Source: a virus
Taxonomy: Duplodnaviria > Caudoviricetes
Virus record (IMG/VR): IMGVR_UViG_3300013121_000005
Location: 256,001 to 320,000 of that record
Length of the DNA stretch: 64,000 nucleotides
Reading direction: 5' to 3' (one strand)
Within the stretch, counting starts at the first letter, position 1. Each line of letters opens with the position of its first letter. A program made the position numbers and the translations under genes. This document shows, in pieces, positions 47,328 to 56,061 of the stretch. The notes beneath the pieces were generated by a model that did not search any database, was not told the origin of the DNA, and saw only the letters and a program-made list of their open reading frames with translations.

Positions 47328-47615
47328 TCAGCGCCTATTCCGCAACAAACGTTCCGCTCGGTCACTCCCCAAAGTAAGGTGTAGGATGGGCTCTACTTTT
47401 GCAAGGAACGCATCGCGGTTCCGAAGCTTATGCTTGGCGTGAAAGGTAAGTGTCAGTATGCCCAGCATACTGACACTTGAAAGTTGATCGACATTGATAT
47501 GGGTTAGGATCTCATCCACCTCTTGAAACTTACCGGCTCGAAAGAGCGTGTCGAAGTTAGACAGGAGGTCTATCGTATCGGTCACTTCACCCAACCCATT
47601 TCTTTGCGGTAGCAA
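47328..47615 (-). CDS. hypothetical protein
   Basis: start likely GTG (VTDT). Confidence 0.5.
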   Translation of the reverse strand: MLPQRNGLGEVTDTIDLLSNFDTLFRAGKFQEVDEILTHINVDQLSSVSMLGILTLTFHAKHKLRNRDAFLAKVEPILHLTLGSDRAERLLRNRR

Positions 47616-49008
47616 TCGCCTTGGCTAGATCGTGAGTGTGGACCGAAGTCGGAAGGAAATTGCCTGAGTCAACATCTTTCAGAGTGACATTGAACCCACC
47701 TCTGGACGCTTCCCAAACGTAGGACTCCATGTCCCCATCTTTGCTTGTGAAGGTATGGAGAGGCTTTTCTTTGCTTGCTGCTTTGAGAGCTGCCACCTTT
47801 ACAGCCCCAGGCAAAACTGTGTTGAGCCACCAACGAACCTTCTCGTGGACTGCTCGGGGGCCATAAGCCACGAGTAACCCGATCGTCTCACAAAAGGCTT
47901 CCTCTGGGTTCTTGTTCGCGTACCCTGTGATGGGGTGCTTGGGGACTCGGATAGTCCTATGCCCCTCCTGGAGAAGCTTCTCGAAGTCCTCTTTCGTTTG
48001 GTACCGATCATACGATCGGTCATGAGTGAGAGCCTCGACTTGAAGAGCCAAAACAGGGTCTTCTGTCATTTTCTCTGAGAACTGAAAAGCCCAGGTATCC
48101 CCTGGCCACTTCTCGATAAGCTCTTTGATATCAAGGTCCCCAAAATCACCTCGAATCGTCTGAGTCCAGAAATCCTGTGCTTCCTGACTCAGATATGTCT
48201 GGAAAAGATGATGGCCCATCTCATGAGCCATTGCATGGGCGACCCACCCTGGCCCCTTACTGCGGACAGACGAAGCATAGAACGTAATGTACCCAGCTCT
48301 ATGGTACTCCCCGCCCTTATCAAGAGTGGCCTTGAACTCGACCTCTACAGGGAGCTGCTTCTTCAAGAGAATAGGAGCAACAGCCGCCGCTCGACGACGG
48401 TACAGGCGGAGCCCTTCCTGCAAGATGGCCAGCTCTTCCTCATTAGAGCCCCCTTCTTTGTACCCCAGCATCGTAAGCTGGAACCCTTCAAGGACAGTCT
48501 TGTCCGCCGAGGGAAGATCAACTTCCACAGGCTTTTTGTGGATCCCCTCGTACCAGGAAATGAAGGTCTTTACCGCCTTCCAGAAGTCCTGAGCCTTCTT
48601 CTGGACCCGAGCTTTCCACGTAGGGAACTCTCGCTCGAATCGAGCGAATAGAGCCGCCTCATTCCAGTAGTCGTCCTTGAAGCCAATGGGCATAGAACTC
48701 AACTCACTTGAGAATGTCCAGGCTACAGAGCGTAGGGTACTATCCACCCACTTTGCATCCGACTCGGATAAACCTAAGTTGTACTTGAGGTCCCGATTCA
48801 TGAAATTCTCGAAGAACAAGTCGTCGAAGTTCTTCCGGTAGACTCGCAGAGCATTCCGCAGCTCATGGGCGGTCTGATAGTCTTTCACTCGGGGCAAATT
48901 CTTGAGCAGGGTGAGGAAGTCCTTTCGGAGCTTCTCGATCCAAGCCAAGTCTATATGCTTCTTGGCAGCAAGAGTAACCCAGCGGCGATCGTAATCGGGA
49001 CCCATCAT
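47587..49008 (-). CDS. zincin metallopeptidase with DYDRR leader
   Basis: HEMGH; TGYANKNPEEAFCE; extra small domain after KVAALKAAS. Confidence 0.75.
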   Translation of the reverse strand: MMGPDYDRRWVTLAAKKHIDLAWIEKLRKDFLTLLKNLPRVKDYQTAHELRNALRVYRKNFDDLFFENFMNRDLKYNLGLSESDAKWVDSTLRSVAWTFSSELSSMPIGFKDDYWNEAALFARFEREFPTWKARVQKKAQDFWKAVKTFISWYEGIHKKPVEVDLPSADKTVLEGFQLTMLGYKEGGSNEEELAILQEGLRLYRRRAAAVAPILLKKQLPVEVEFKATLDKGGEYHRAGYITFYASSVRSKGPGWVAHAMAHEMGHHLFQTYLSQEAQDFWTQTIRGDFGDLDIKELIEKWPGDTWAFQFSEKMTEDPVLALQVEALTHDRSYDRYQTKEDFEKLLQEGHRTIRVPKHPITGYANKNPEEAFCETIGLLVAYGPRAVHEKVRWWLNTVLPGAVKVAALKAASKEKPLHTFTSKDGDMESYVWEASRGGFNVTLKDVDSGNFLPTSVHTHDLAKAIATAKKWVG

Positions 49009-49031
49009 ACCGGGACGCTTACATAGGAAGA

Positions 49032-49331
49032 CTAGGGCTCAACTCTCACAAGCTTGCCATAGATGCCCCCAAGAGAGATCCAACCGTTGGTACTCCGGAC
49101 GCCTCCAATTAGAAAGCGCTCTTGTTGGACCGCCTTAATCAGATGAAGATACTGCTTGCCGTTCACCTTACAGAGAACGATGTCCCCTTCTTGAGGTACT
49201 TGATTGCCAAGGGGCTCTACAATACAGAGCTGACCCGACTTGATCTTGGGCATCATTGAAGCCCCGCGAGGACGGAATTGGACCGTCTCCCCCGCTTGAA
49301 GCTTAGCGATGTAGGGTGTGGCCCAGCTCAC
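49032..49331 (-). CDS. S24/S26 peptidase-like protein
   Basis: RPRGASMMPKIKSG, GDIVLC, YLHLIK. Confidence 0.7.
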   Translation of the reverse strand: MSWATPYIAKLQAGETVQFRPRGASMMPKIKSGQLCIVEPLGNQVPQEGDIVLCKVNGKQYLHLIKAVQQERFLIGGVRSTNGWISLGGIYGKLVRVEP

Positions 49332-49558
49332 TACGGATCCTCCCCGTCCAACAACTCCGCCACGAGGAGGAACGGCCAGCCGAGCACCAGAAGCACGAGC
49401 ACCCCGGCGAGCATCGCCCGTGCCTTCCACTCCGACCTGATTTGCTCGTCAAGGTTCTGGCCGGAGTAGACGCTCATCACCACCTGCGCAAAAGCCACCA
49501 CACCCGCAACGTACAGCCCGCCCAAAAACAGCGTCAGAAAAAGCCCTGAGTCCGACAT
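49331..49558 (-). CDS. small 2-TM membrane protein
   Basis: hydrophobic helices, WP motif. Confidence 0.55.
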   Translation of the reverse strand: MSDSGLFLTLFLGGLYVAGVVAFAQVVMSVYSGQNLDEQIRSEWKARAMLAGVLVLLVLGWPFLLVAELLDGEDP

Positions 49559-50130
49559 CACTTGACAACCGGCCGGGCGGCGATGGCTTCGTTGAGCCAC
49601 TTTCGGAGCTGTTCTCGCTCATCTTGATTCTCAACCAATTCGAGCAAGGGGACGATGTACCTGTGGGTCTCGTCGATGACCCGAGCCCACCGCTTGTCCT
49701 TGAAGACTGTCCTGCCTTCACGGAGGTTGCAGATTCGGTCGGCGAGCTTCACCTTCGCTTCCGCAAACCTCAAGGTCTGACGCAGGCGAGCGAGGTAGGC
49801 GATCTTGGAGTCCGCCGCCTCGTCATGTGTGAGGCTCACGACACCGAAGACGATGTTGTAGTGTACCCCCTCGGCCATAAGATCCGCCTCGGTCACCCGA
49901 GACCCATCTTCTTTTCGGCCGTCTTCGATAAGATCGTGCATCCACGCCACGTCGATGCAGTGCTCATACGTGGCCTTCTCTCGCTCGCTGAGGGGCGATG
50001 GGTGGGTCAAATCACAAAGCTCAACCAAGAGGTTTACGAGGTCTTGTGGGTGTTCCCACGCCAGTCTGTTGCCCGGCCCCTGCCGGGTACCCGACATCCA
50101 ACGTCGGGCTAGTTCTTCACTTTTCCTCAC
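49558..50130 (-). CDS. HD-domain hydrolase, RelA/SpoT (SAH/Mesh1)-like
   Basis: HP..V, AWMHDLIED, LTHD, VKLADRICNL. Confidence 0.8.
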   Translation of the reverse strand: MRKSEELARRWMSGTRQGPGNRLAWEHPQDLVNLLVELCDLTHPSPLSEREKATYEHCIDVAWMHDLIEDGRKEDGSRVTEADLMAEGVHYNIVFGVVSLTHDEAADSKIAYLARLRQTLRFAEAKVKLADRICNLREGRTVFKDKRWARVIDETHRYIVPLLELVENQDEREQLRKWLNEAIAARPVVK

Positions 50131-50482
50131 TTTTTTTCATCCTCTTCTTCCTTCTCTCCCTCCTTGAACGAACGAGAAAGACGGGCTTCAACCTTGGCAA
50201 AAACAAAACTGCCAAGATAGAAGGTGGGACTTCTACTTTAAACATGTGACCATGGGGGCTCTTGAGTACCAGGAATGCTTGGTGCGACTCGTCAACAGGC
50301 TTGATCTCAAGGATCTCCCCAGAAAAAGCACGGACTTCCTCGATTTGGCGTGACTCGTAAGCATGAAGGACCTCAAGAAAAAGCTTGGTCCCGTTAGACT
50401 GGCTACTATCGCTCTCGAAGGTGAAAAACTGCATGATGTGCTCTGGGGGTTGCTTGTTCATATTCATATCTTTCTGGTTCAA
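50117..50482 (-). CDS. hypothetical protein
   Basis: operon packing. Confidence 0.5.
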   Translation of the reverse strand: MNQKDMNMNKQPPEHIMQFFTFESDSSQSNGTKLFLEVLHAYESRQIEEVRAFSGEILEIKPVDESHQAFLVLKSPHGHMFKVEVPPSILAVLFLPRLKPVFLVRSRRERRKKRMKKSEEK

Positions 50483-50509
50483 AGTGACTTAGACAGTTCA
50501 AACGCCCCA

Positions 50510-50716
50510 TCAGGACCGGTCACCTTTCTCTGAGGAACCCTTCAGAAGTTTGAATCTCTCCTCGATGGCCTTGTTGGTCTGCCAGAAGCTCAGGAAGCAA
50601 CGGTCCTTTTGCTCCTTGGAGTGTTCGGCTTGGCTCTCACCACACGTCGGACACCAGTCATCAGGGGCCTTGGGCTCTTCGGGTTCAAGGTCGCGGTCGT
50701 CATCCCAACGTGGCAT
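50510..50716 (-). CDS. small Zn-binding protein
   Basis: CPTC..H..C; GAGGAG SD. Confidence 0.5.
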   Translation of the reverse strand: MPRWDDDRDLEPEEPKAPDDWCPTCGESQAEHSKEQKDRCFLSFWQTNKAIEERFKLLKGSSEKGDRS

Positions 50717-50958
50717 CAGCTACTCCTCTGAGAATCCTTCAGAAGTTTGAGCGCATAGGCCAAAATCACGAGGAGAAAAATAGGCCAAAACACAACAACA
50801 AGGACGAACCCTGCACATGCCCCAACCTGCATCGCCTTGCTAGGAAACCTGTCCCTAAACTTCTCGGATGAACGCAAAAGAGCAACACAAATACCAGTAC
50901 TCCATGCGACCCCGACCAAATAAAAGACTACCCAAAGATGCATAGACACTCCATTCAA
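50716..50958 (-). CDS. small 2-TM membrane protein
   Basis: hydrophobic, FWP motif. Confidence 0.55.
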   Translation of the reverse strand: MNGVSMHLWVVFYLVGVAWSTGICVALLRSSEKFRDRFPSKAMQVGACAGFVLVVVFWPIFLLVILAYALKLLKDSQRSS

Positions 50959-51006
50959 CGAACCGACTGAGGTTCTTCAACGCTTACACCAAGCCCAAGA
51001 TTCACA

Positions 51007-52950
51007 TTAGGGAAGTCCCAGTTTTTTTCGACGTGCACGGATAGCCTGCTTTGAGTGTGCGATGCCCACATCGAAACACATGCCCATCCATGGGTTCTTC
51101 AAAACCCAATCTTCTGGATCCAGCCGCTCAAGGATGCTGTTCCCCACGTAGGGTTTTTGGCTGTACCAGTGCTGTAAAGCCCAAGGCAAGTCCTTGGGCT
51201 TCATCCCTACGAGCACTGCAATAGCCTCAGGGCACGTAGGACGTATAGAGGTGAAAACTGTCGCTTTTACTGCCTCACGTTCAGCACAATAGGCTTTGCC
51301 CTTGTCAAAGACACCAAGCCTAAACTTGGGGAAATAAAACCCCCAAGTGTCTTGCTGATTGAGGGCAACGTTTTCATCTAGCACATAGCTCTCCGTACCC
51401 TCATGCAACCGAGTGGGGTGCCACTTGGGTAGTATCAACTCCCCCCTTGCACTTGCATCGAGGAGGAACTCCTGATTGAGCTTTAGGTGCGTCAGGTACC
51501 ACTCAGAGATGTTGGCCCCCTCTCGCTCGAACTCCTCTTCCGCAAGCTGTTGGATCACCCGCATTTGGTTAACACGAGCGGCCCATGTCCGATCTCTTTG
51601 AATCTTCTCCTTCGTTCCGAACATGGTGGGGTCCAAGGCTTCAAAGCCAGCCTTTAGCCCCAAGGTCCCCTTCAAGAGGAGTTTTGATTGCTCCCCAACT
51701 AGGTTAAAGACTTCCTCAGACACCCCAGCCCCGTACCGATCCACCATCCATCGGTTGAATCCAGTAGGTTTACACTCCCACTGATTCTCGGTACCTTCAG
51801 CCGTAAGGTCTTCTCTCTTGAGCGGAGCCAGCTCCAAGGACTGGTACAACTTCTCTTTCACAAGCGAACCTGTAGACCCTACAAGAGCTTGAGGTTCAAC
51901 AACCATTTCCCCTGTGTAGGACAGCTCTGGTAGACGTACATTCTGATCCCAGAACTTCTCCCGGATCAAGTCGAACATGAGAATCGTCCATACAAACTCC
52001 TCCGCTTCAAGATCCCGAATATCCTTGAGCGGTACCGCCTCGACATTAACCGGCACCAAAGACGTCCGGGTATTAGCGAAAACACGGCCATTCCCCAACT
52101 CACCCTCCTGTTCTCTAAGGTCCAGCAACTGGTAAGGAAACCAGTTGCGGGCAGCACGTTGAGAAAGCTGACGGTCAGGCCGACGAGTCATGCGCTTGTG
52201 CGCCGGATGGGGTCCATCCGTATGGTCTGTGAGAATGGTCAGAGTACTGCCGTTACGAATAGCGAAGACGAAGTAGGAACGAAGAGCTTCTTCCGGGTCT
52301 CGGATCAAACAAAGAGAGATCCCTGATACCTTCTGAGCCCGCATCGCAAGGAGCAACGAATTGATGTTCCAGAACTCGAAAACCTGAGGAGTAAACTTGG
52401 CAGGGGTACCCCCTCCAGGCCCCTGAGTGAATTGATGCGCCTCTAGAGCATGATGGATGCTGAAGAGAGCATCCCTTCGGAGGTGCGCCAGGGCAACTTT
52501 ATCCGCCAGGACCTTCTCCAAAGCTTCCGTAGGAAGTCCAGGTCGAACCCCGTATTGAACGGCAGCTTCCCTGAGCCGCTTCTGAAAGTCCTCGATGAGT
52601 CGAATCACCCATGGGGTCCCCAGAATAGCCTGCAACTCCTTCATTGGGTGAAGCTGAGCGTCAATCAATTTCGAGTCGAAAATGAGAGAGTACGCTGAAA
52701 TCTGCACCTCTCGGAGGTAACTTTCGACAAGCCCACGAAGCATCATGAAAGTCGTAAGCCCGGTGGGGTCCAGAGTGCGACTTTCGTTGAGCTTTTTGAT
52801 CTGCTCTTGAAGGTAATATCCGGTGCTTGCGGGTGCGCTGGAATATGCCCGCTTGTCGTGGACGCTCCACCGTTCTACTTCGAGCCAAGCTAGGGCAAGA
52901 TCGGTCAGCTCATTAATCGATTCCATGGGGGGTTTCTTGGTCGAGATCAT
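51007..52950 (-). CDS. large hypothetical protein
   Basis: 647 aa; GGTGTA-N9-ATG. Confidence 0.8.
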   Translation of the reverse strand: MISTKKPPMESINELTDLALAWLEVERWSVHDKRAYSSAPASTGYYLQEQIKKLNESRTLDPTGLTTFMMLRGLVESYLREVQISAYSLIFDSKLIDAQLHPMKELQAILGTPWVIRLIEDFQKRLREAAVQYGVRPGLPTEALEKVLADKVALAHLRRDALFSIHHALEAHQFTQGPGGGTPAKFTPQVFEFWNINSLLLAMRAQKVSGISLCLIRDPEEALRSYFVFAIRNGSTLTILTDHTDGPHPAHKRMTRRPDRQLSQRAARNWFPYQLLDLREQEGELGNGRVFANTRTSLVPVNVEAVPLKDIRDLEAEEFVWTILMFDLIREKFWDQNVRLPELSYTGEMVVEPQALVGSTGSLVKEKLYQSLELAPLKREDLTAEGTENQWECKPTGFNRWMVDRYGAGVSEEVFNLVGEQSKLLLKGTLGLKAGFEALDPTMFGTKEKIQRDRTWAARVNQMRVIQQLAEEEFEREGANISEWYLTHLKLNQEFLLDASARGELILPKWHPTRLHEGTESYVLDENVALNQQDTWGFYFPKFRLGVFDKGKAYCAEREAVKATVFTSIRPTCPEAIAVLVGMKPKDLPWALQHWYSQKPYVGNSILERLDPEDWVLKNPWMGMCFDVGIAHSKQAIRARRKKLGLP

Positions 52951-52982
52951 CCCTAAGTTTACACCAAAACGCTCTTTCCCCC

Positions 52983-53169
52983 TTGACGAGTTTTTGGTTG
53001 GGCGTAGATTACCTGAGACTCAGCAACCCCTTGTTGCACACATGTGTGCAAATGCCGCAGGGTCTACATACAATCAGCAAGTAGGCTACCCCATGCCACG
53101 ACCACGATCTCCTCCGATGTGAAGAAGGAGACGAGCCCGGAACCCTAAAGTTCCGGGCTTCGTCATTTA
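52983..53169 (+). ncRNA. putative small RNA/leader unit 1 with sigma70-like promoter and 3' hairpin
   Basis: TTGACG-N16-TAGATT, CTGAGACTCAG palindrome, AGCCCGGAAC/GTTCCGGGCT stem, TCGTCATTTA. Confidence 0.5.
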
Positions 53170-53183
53170 AAGGGCGAGACCTC

Positions 53184-53319
53184 TTGACTAGTTTTGGGTT
53201 AGGAATAGGATTGCGTGTGCAGCATAGGATTGCTGAGTCTCAGCTTTCCCTTGCTGCACCACATGCTTTGCCCTAGGGGGAGTAAGCCCGGAACTTTGGG
53301 TTCCGGGCTTCGTCATTTA
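53184..53319 (+). ncRNA. putative small RNA/leader unit 2 (paralog of unit 1)
   Basis: TTGACT-N16-TAGGAT, CTGAGTCTCAG, AAGCCCGGAAC/GTTCCGGGCTT, CGTCATTTA. Confidence 0.5.
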
Positions 53320-53335
53320 GGGTGTATGTAGCCCT

Positions 53336-53521
53336 ATGTGCCGCTCAGTTAGGGCTGACCAAGTAGTGGTGGGGGCCCGTATCTACAGTAAGGATGCATA
53401 CCACCCTCAAGCCAAATGGTTGAGAGTCACCAACGTTACCACATGCAGGGGATATGTGGTACTCTCAACCCCTGTGTATGATACCTGGAAGCATCCCGCT
53501 GAAGGGGTGTGCATTGAATGA
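53336..53521 (+). CDS. hypothetical protein
   Basis: GGTGTA-N9-ATG. Confidence 0.55.
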   Translation: MCRSVRADQVVVGARIYSKDAYHPQAKWLRVTNVTTCRGYVVLSTPVYDTWKHPAEGVCIE

Positions 53522-53882
53522 GATAGAAGAACTGGTAGGTTTAGCTCAGGACCTCCGTAGGTGGGCTGCCCAGGGTGACGATGAAGCCATTCAACGGGCT
53601 AAAGATGAACTTGCCCAAAAAGTTAGGGAGTCCACTGACCCGGAGCTAAAGAGGGCTCTTCAGGTTGCGTTAGCTTTCACGGAGGGCTTCCGCTCCCCCT
53701 TTGACCCCCCTGAATACCCAGAAGAGCCTTTGGCTCTCCGAGCATGGAGAACCGTAGAACGACTCAGACAAGAGGCTGGGCTCGAAGTACCTGAAAAGTA
53801 CACGAGGTACCATCGCCTAAACGAAGAATCTGACCCGATGGTCGCGTTCCTCGAAGCCCTAAAGCACCTCACCCGTAAGTAG
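53514..53882 (+). CDS. hypothetical protein (YTRYHRL internal)
   Basis: TTG start coupled to upstream stop. Confidence 0.55.
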   Translation: MNEIEELVGLAQDLRRWAAQGDDEAIQRAKDELAQKVRESTDPELKRALQVALAFTEGFRSPFDPPEYPEEPLALRAWRTVERLRQEAGLEVPEKYTRYHRLNEESDPMVAFLEALKHLTRK

Positions 53883-53883
53883 C

Positions 53884-54285
53884 CTACTCCGTGACTCGTA
53901 GGGCTGCTTCATGGGCTTTGCGAGCTACCCCAGGTCGACGAGTATGGGGTCTTGCTAGGGCTACAGGCTCCTCCAAATCCACACTCCACCCCCCTAGGTT
54001 GCTCTCCTCGAACTCAATGTAGCCAGGATGAAGCCCATCGTGGACCTCACGATGGCATCGGGCACATAACAAAATGACCTTATCCAACTCCCGTTGGATA
54101 GCCTCCCAAGAGGTCATACGGTCTGAAATCGTGAACTCCTTAGCCCACACTTGAATATGATGGAAGTCGAAAGCTGTTGGGCAACGATCGTAGCTACAAA
54201 TCCGACAACGGCCCCCAAGGTACTGAATTGCTTGCTCACGAAGCTGCTTGCGTCGTAAAGCAGCCTTGTGCTTTCGCTCCATCAT
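53884..54285 (-). CDS. HNH endonuclease
   Basis: CRIC, FDFHH, LLCARCHREVH. Confidence 0.8.
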   Translation of the reverse strand: MMERKHKAALRRKQLREQAIQYLGGRCRICSYDRCPTAFDFHHIQVWAKEFTISDRMTSWEAIQRELDKVILLCARCHREVHDGLHPGYIEFEESNLGGWSVDLEEPVALARPHTRRPGVARKAHEAALRVTE

Positions 54286-54296
54286 CGTAACCCCTT

Positions 54297-55442
54297 TCAG
54301 AGCCTAGCAAAGATGTTTGTGAATTCTTGAGGCATGGCCATACCCAAGACGTAGTGGGCAAATGCCTCGGCGATATTCTCTTTCGGATTCGTAGCCCCAT
54401 AGGGAGTTACCGCAAGAGGCTCATGGAGAAGGGTGTTCGTGCTCACTTCAACATCCTTGGAGCCTTTAACCGCACTGAGTAGTTTGGGTTCGTCTATCTC
54501 CCCCTTCAAGAAAGCAGTCATTGGCTTTCGTATGTCTTGAATCTTAGCCCAACGCTCCAACTCTGGAGTCATCCCAAGGAAGGGTCGCCCCTCCTTACGA
54601 GCCTTGGCAATCCCTACCGCTTCTTCCGCAACAGTCTCTCGAAGCTTGGCATCGTAGAGCACCTTCTCATAGACCTTCTGGGTAGATAGGTCCCACAGCT
54701 CTTTGCGAACGCCCTTGTCCAAAAACTTATGGTCAAATCGATGCCCAAATTCATGGATGAGGGTGTAGATATCGTCGAACCGCTTCCGAGCCCGCACGCT
54801 CAAGTGGATGGTGTCATCCGTGTAGACATAATGAGCAGCCGTCTTCGCAGAGAGGTGAGTCGAGAAAAAGACCTTGCCATATAGCACTTGAGGGAACTTA
54901 CCTCGAATCTTGGAGGCTGCTTCGTCAAGCGCTTCAAGAGCCCCCTCTATTTCGGACTTCTTGACTCCCGGCATGGGGATGACGACGAACCCACCCCTCT
55001 TGATTTCTCGGTCCTCGTCTGTCGCTTGGGTAGCAAGCTCCAGGGTCCGTAGCTTTTTCTCCACCCCCCTAAGCTCGGCCACCCAATACTCACGCATACG
55101 GTTGGCTTGAGCTTGAGGGTCTGGGAACTTGCTGAATGGGGATGAAGGGTTTGTTGGGTCTGCTAGGTCCTGTTTGATTTTAGGCAGTTTACCTACCCAA
55201 TCTTTGGCTTCATTGTACACAGATTTCAAAGCCGTACGCTTAGCCGTCCCAAGCGCCCAGAACCAATCCGGAGGAGTATTGCCCCCTTCTGGCAAAATGA
55301 CCTCCATGACCTGGCCCAGAACTTCCAGCAGGGGCAGCTCATCCCCTCGCTCAAAGTCTAGGATAGCCTTTTTGAAGGTTGGAAGAAGGCTCAGTGATTT
55401 TGCAACCACGTAGCGGAAAACAACCTTGCGAACTACCCTCAT
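54297..55442 (-). CDS. zincin metallopeptidase with KVVFRY leader
   Basis: HEFGH; TPYGATNPKENIAEAF. Confidence 0.75.
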   Translation of the reverse strand: MRVVRKVVFRYVVAKSLSLLPTFKKAILDFERGDELPLLEVLGQVMEVILPEGGNTPPDWFWALGTAKRTALKSVYNEAKDWVGKLPKIKQDLADPTNPSSPFSKFPDPQAQANRMREYWVAELRGVEKKLRTLELATQATDEDREIKRGGFVVIPMPGVKKSEIEGALEALDEAASKIRGKFPQVLYGKVFFSTHLSAKTAAHYVYTDDTIHLSVRARKRFDDIYTLIHEFGHRFDHKFLDKGVRKELWDLSTQKVYEKVLYDAKLRETVAEEAVGIAKARKEGRPFLGMTPELERWAKIQDIRKPMTAFLKGEIDEPKLLSAVKGSKDVEVSTNTLLHEPLAVTPYGATNPKENIAEAFAHYVLGMAMPQEFTNIFARL

Positions 55443-55571
55443 CTTCCACCCGTAGCTATCGAAAGAATCTTAGCTACCCCTCAGAGGAGTTTCGTGTTAC
55501 TCGGTGTTATAGGTATACTGTACAGCAAAGTACAGAAGGCGTCCACCTTCCTAGTATGAAAGGATGACAAG

Positions 55572-55877
55572 ATGACACCACAAGGGGACCCCCCTGACCT
55601 AGACAAGCTGGAGCACCACCTCCAAATAGCCAGTCGCACCTCCTACCTGGCTGATGCTAGAGGGTTCGAGGACGCTGTAGATGCAGTGCTTGATGCCGCC
55701 CCTGCCCTTATCGCGGCAACACGAGAACGAAATCAGCTACTGATTGAACGAGACCAGCTACTGATTGAACGAAATCAGCTACTGATTGAACGAGACCAGC
55801 TACTTGGCTGCTTCAGAACAAAAGAGACCAGCTACTTGGCTGATTTACTACAACAACAAAAGGCGTCAGATGAATGA
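55572..55877 (+). CDS. hypothetical protein with QLLIER[DN] repeats
   Basis: 21-nt tandem repeat at about 55725-55803. Confidence 0.55.
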   Translation: MTPQGDPPDLDKLEHHLQIASRTSYLADARGFEDAVDAVLDAAPALIAATRERNQLLIERDQLLIERNQLLIERDQLLGCFRTKETSYLADLLQQQKASDE

Positions 55878-56061
55878 ATTCGACCTAGAAGAGCTTCTAA
55901 AGCTCGCTCTAGCTGCGTATGCCAAGGACAACGATCTTCCCCTGAAACTCCAAACCGTCAAGGAAAAGGGGTTTGGAGGCGAAGCTGGCCTTCTCGTCTC
56001 TCTTGGCGAAGATGAGTTTCACCTCGCTATCACACAGACAGCCTTTGGTGAGGAAGAGTGA
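55870..56061 (+). CDS. hypothetical protein
   Basis: coupled to neighbours. Confidence 0.55.
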   Translation: MNEFDLEELLKLALAAYAKDNDLPLKLQTVKEKGFGGEAGLLVSLGEDEFHLAITQTAFGEEE

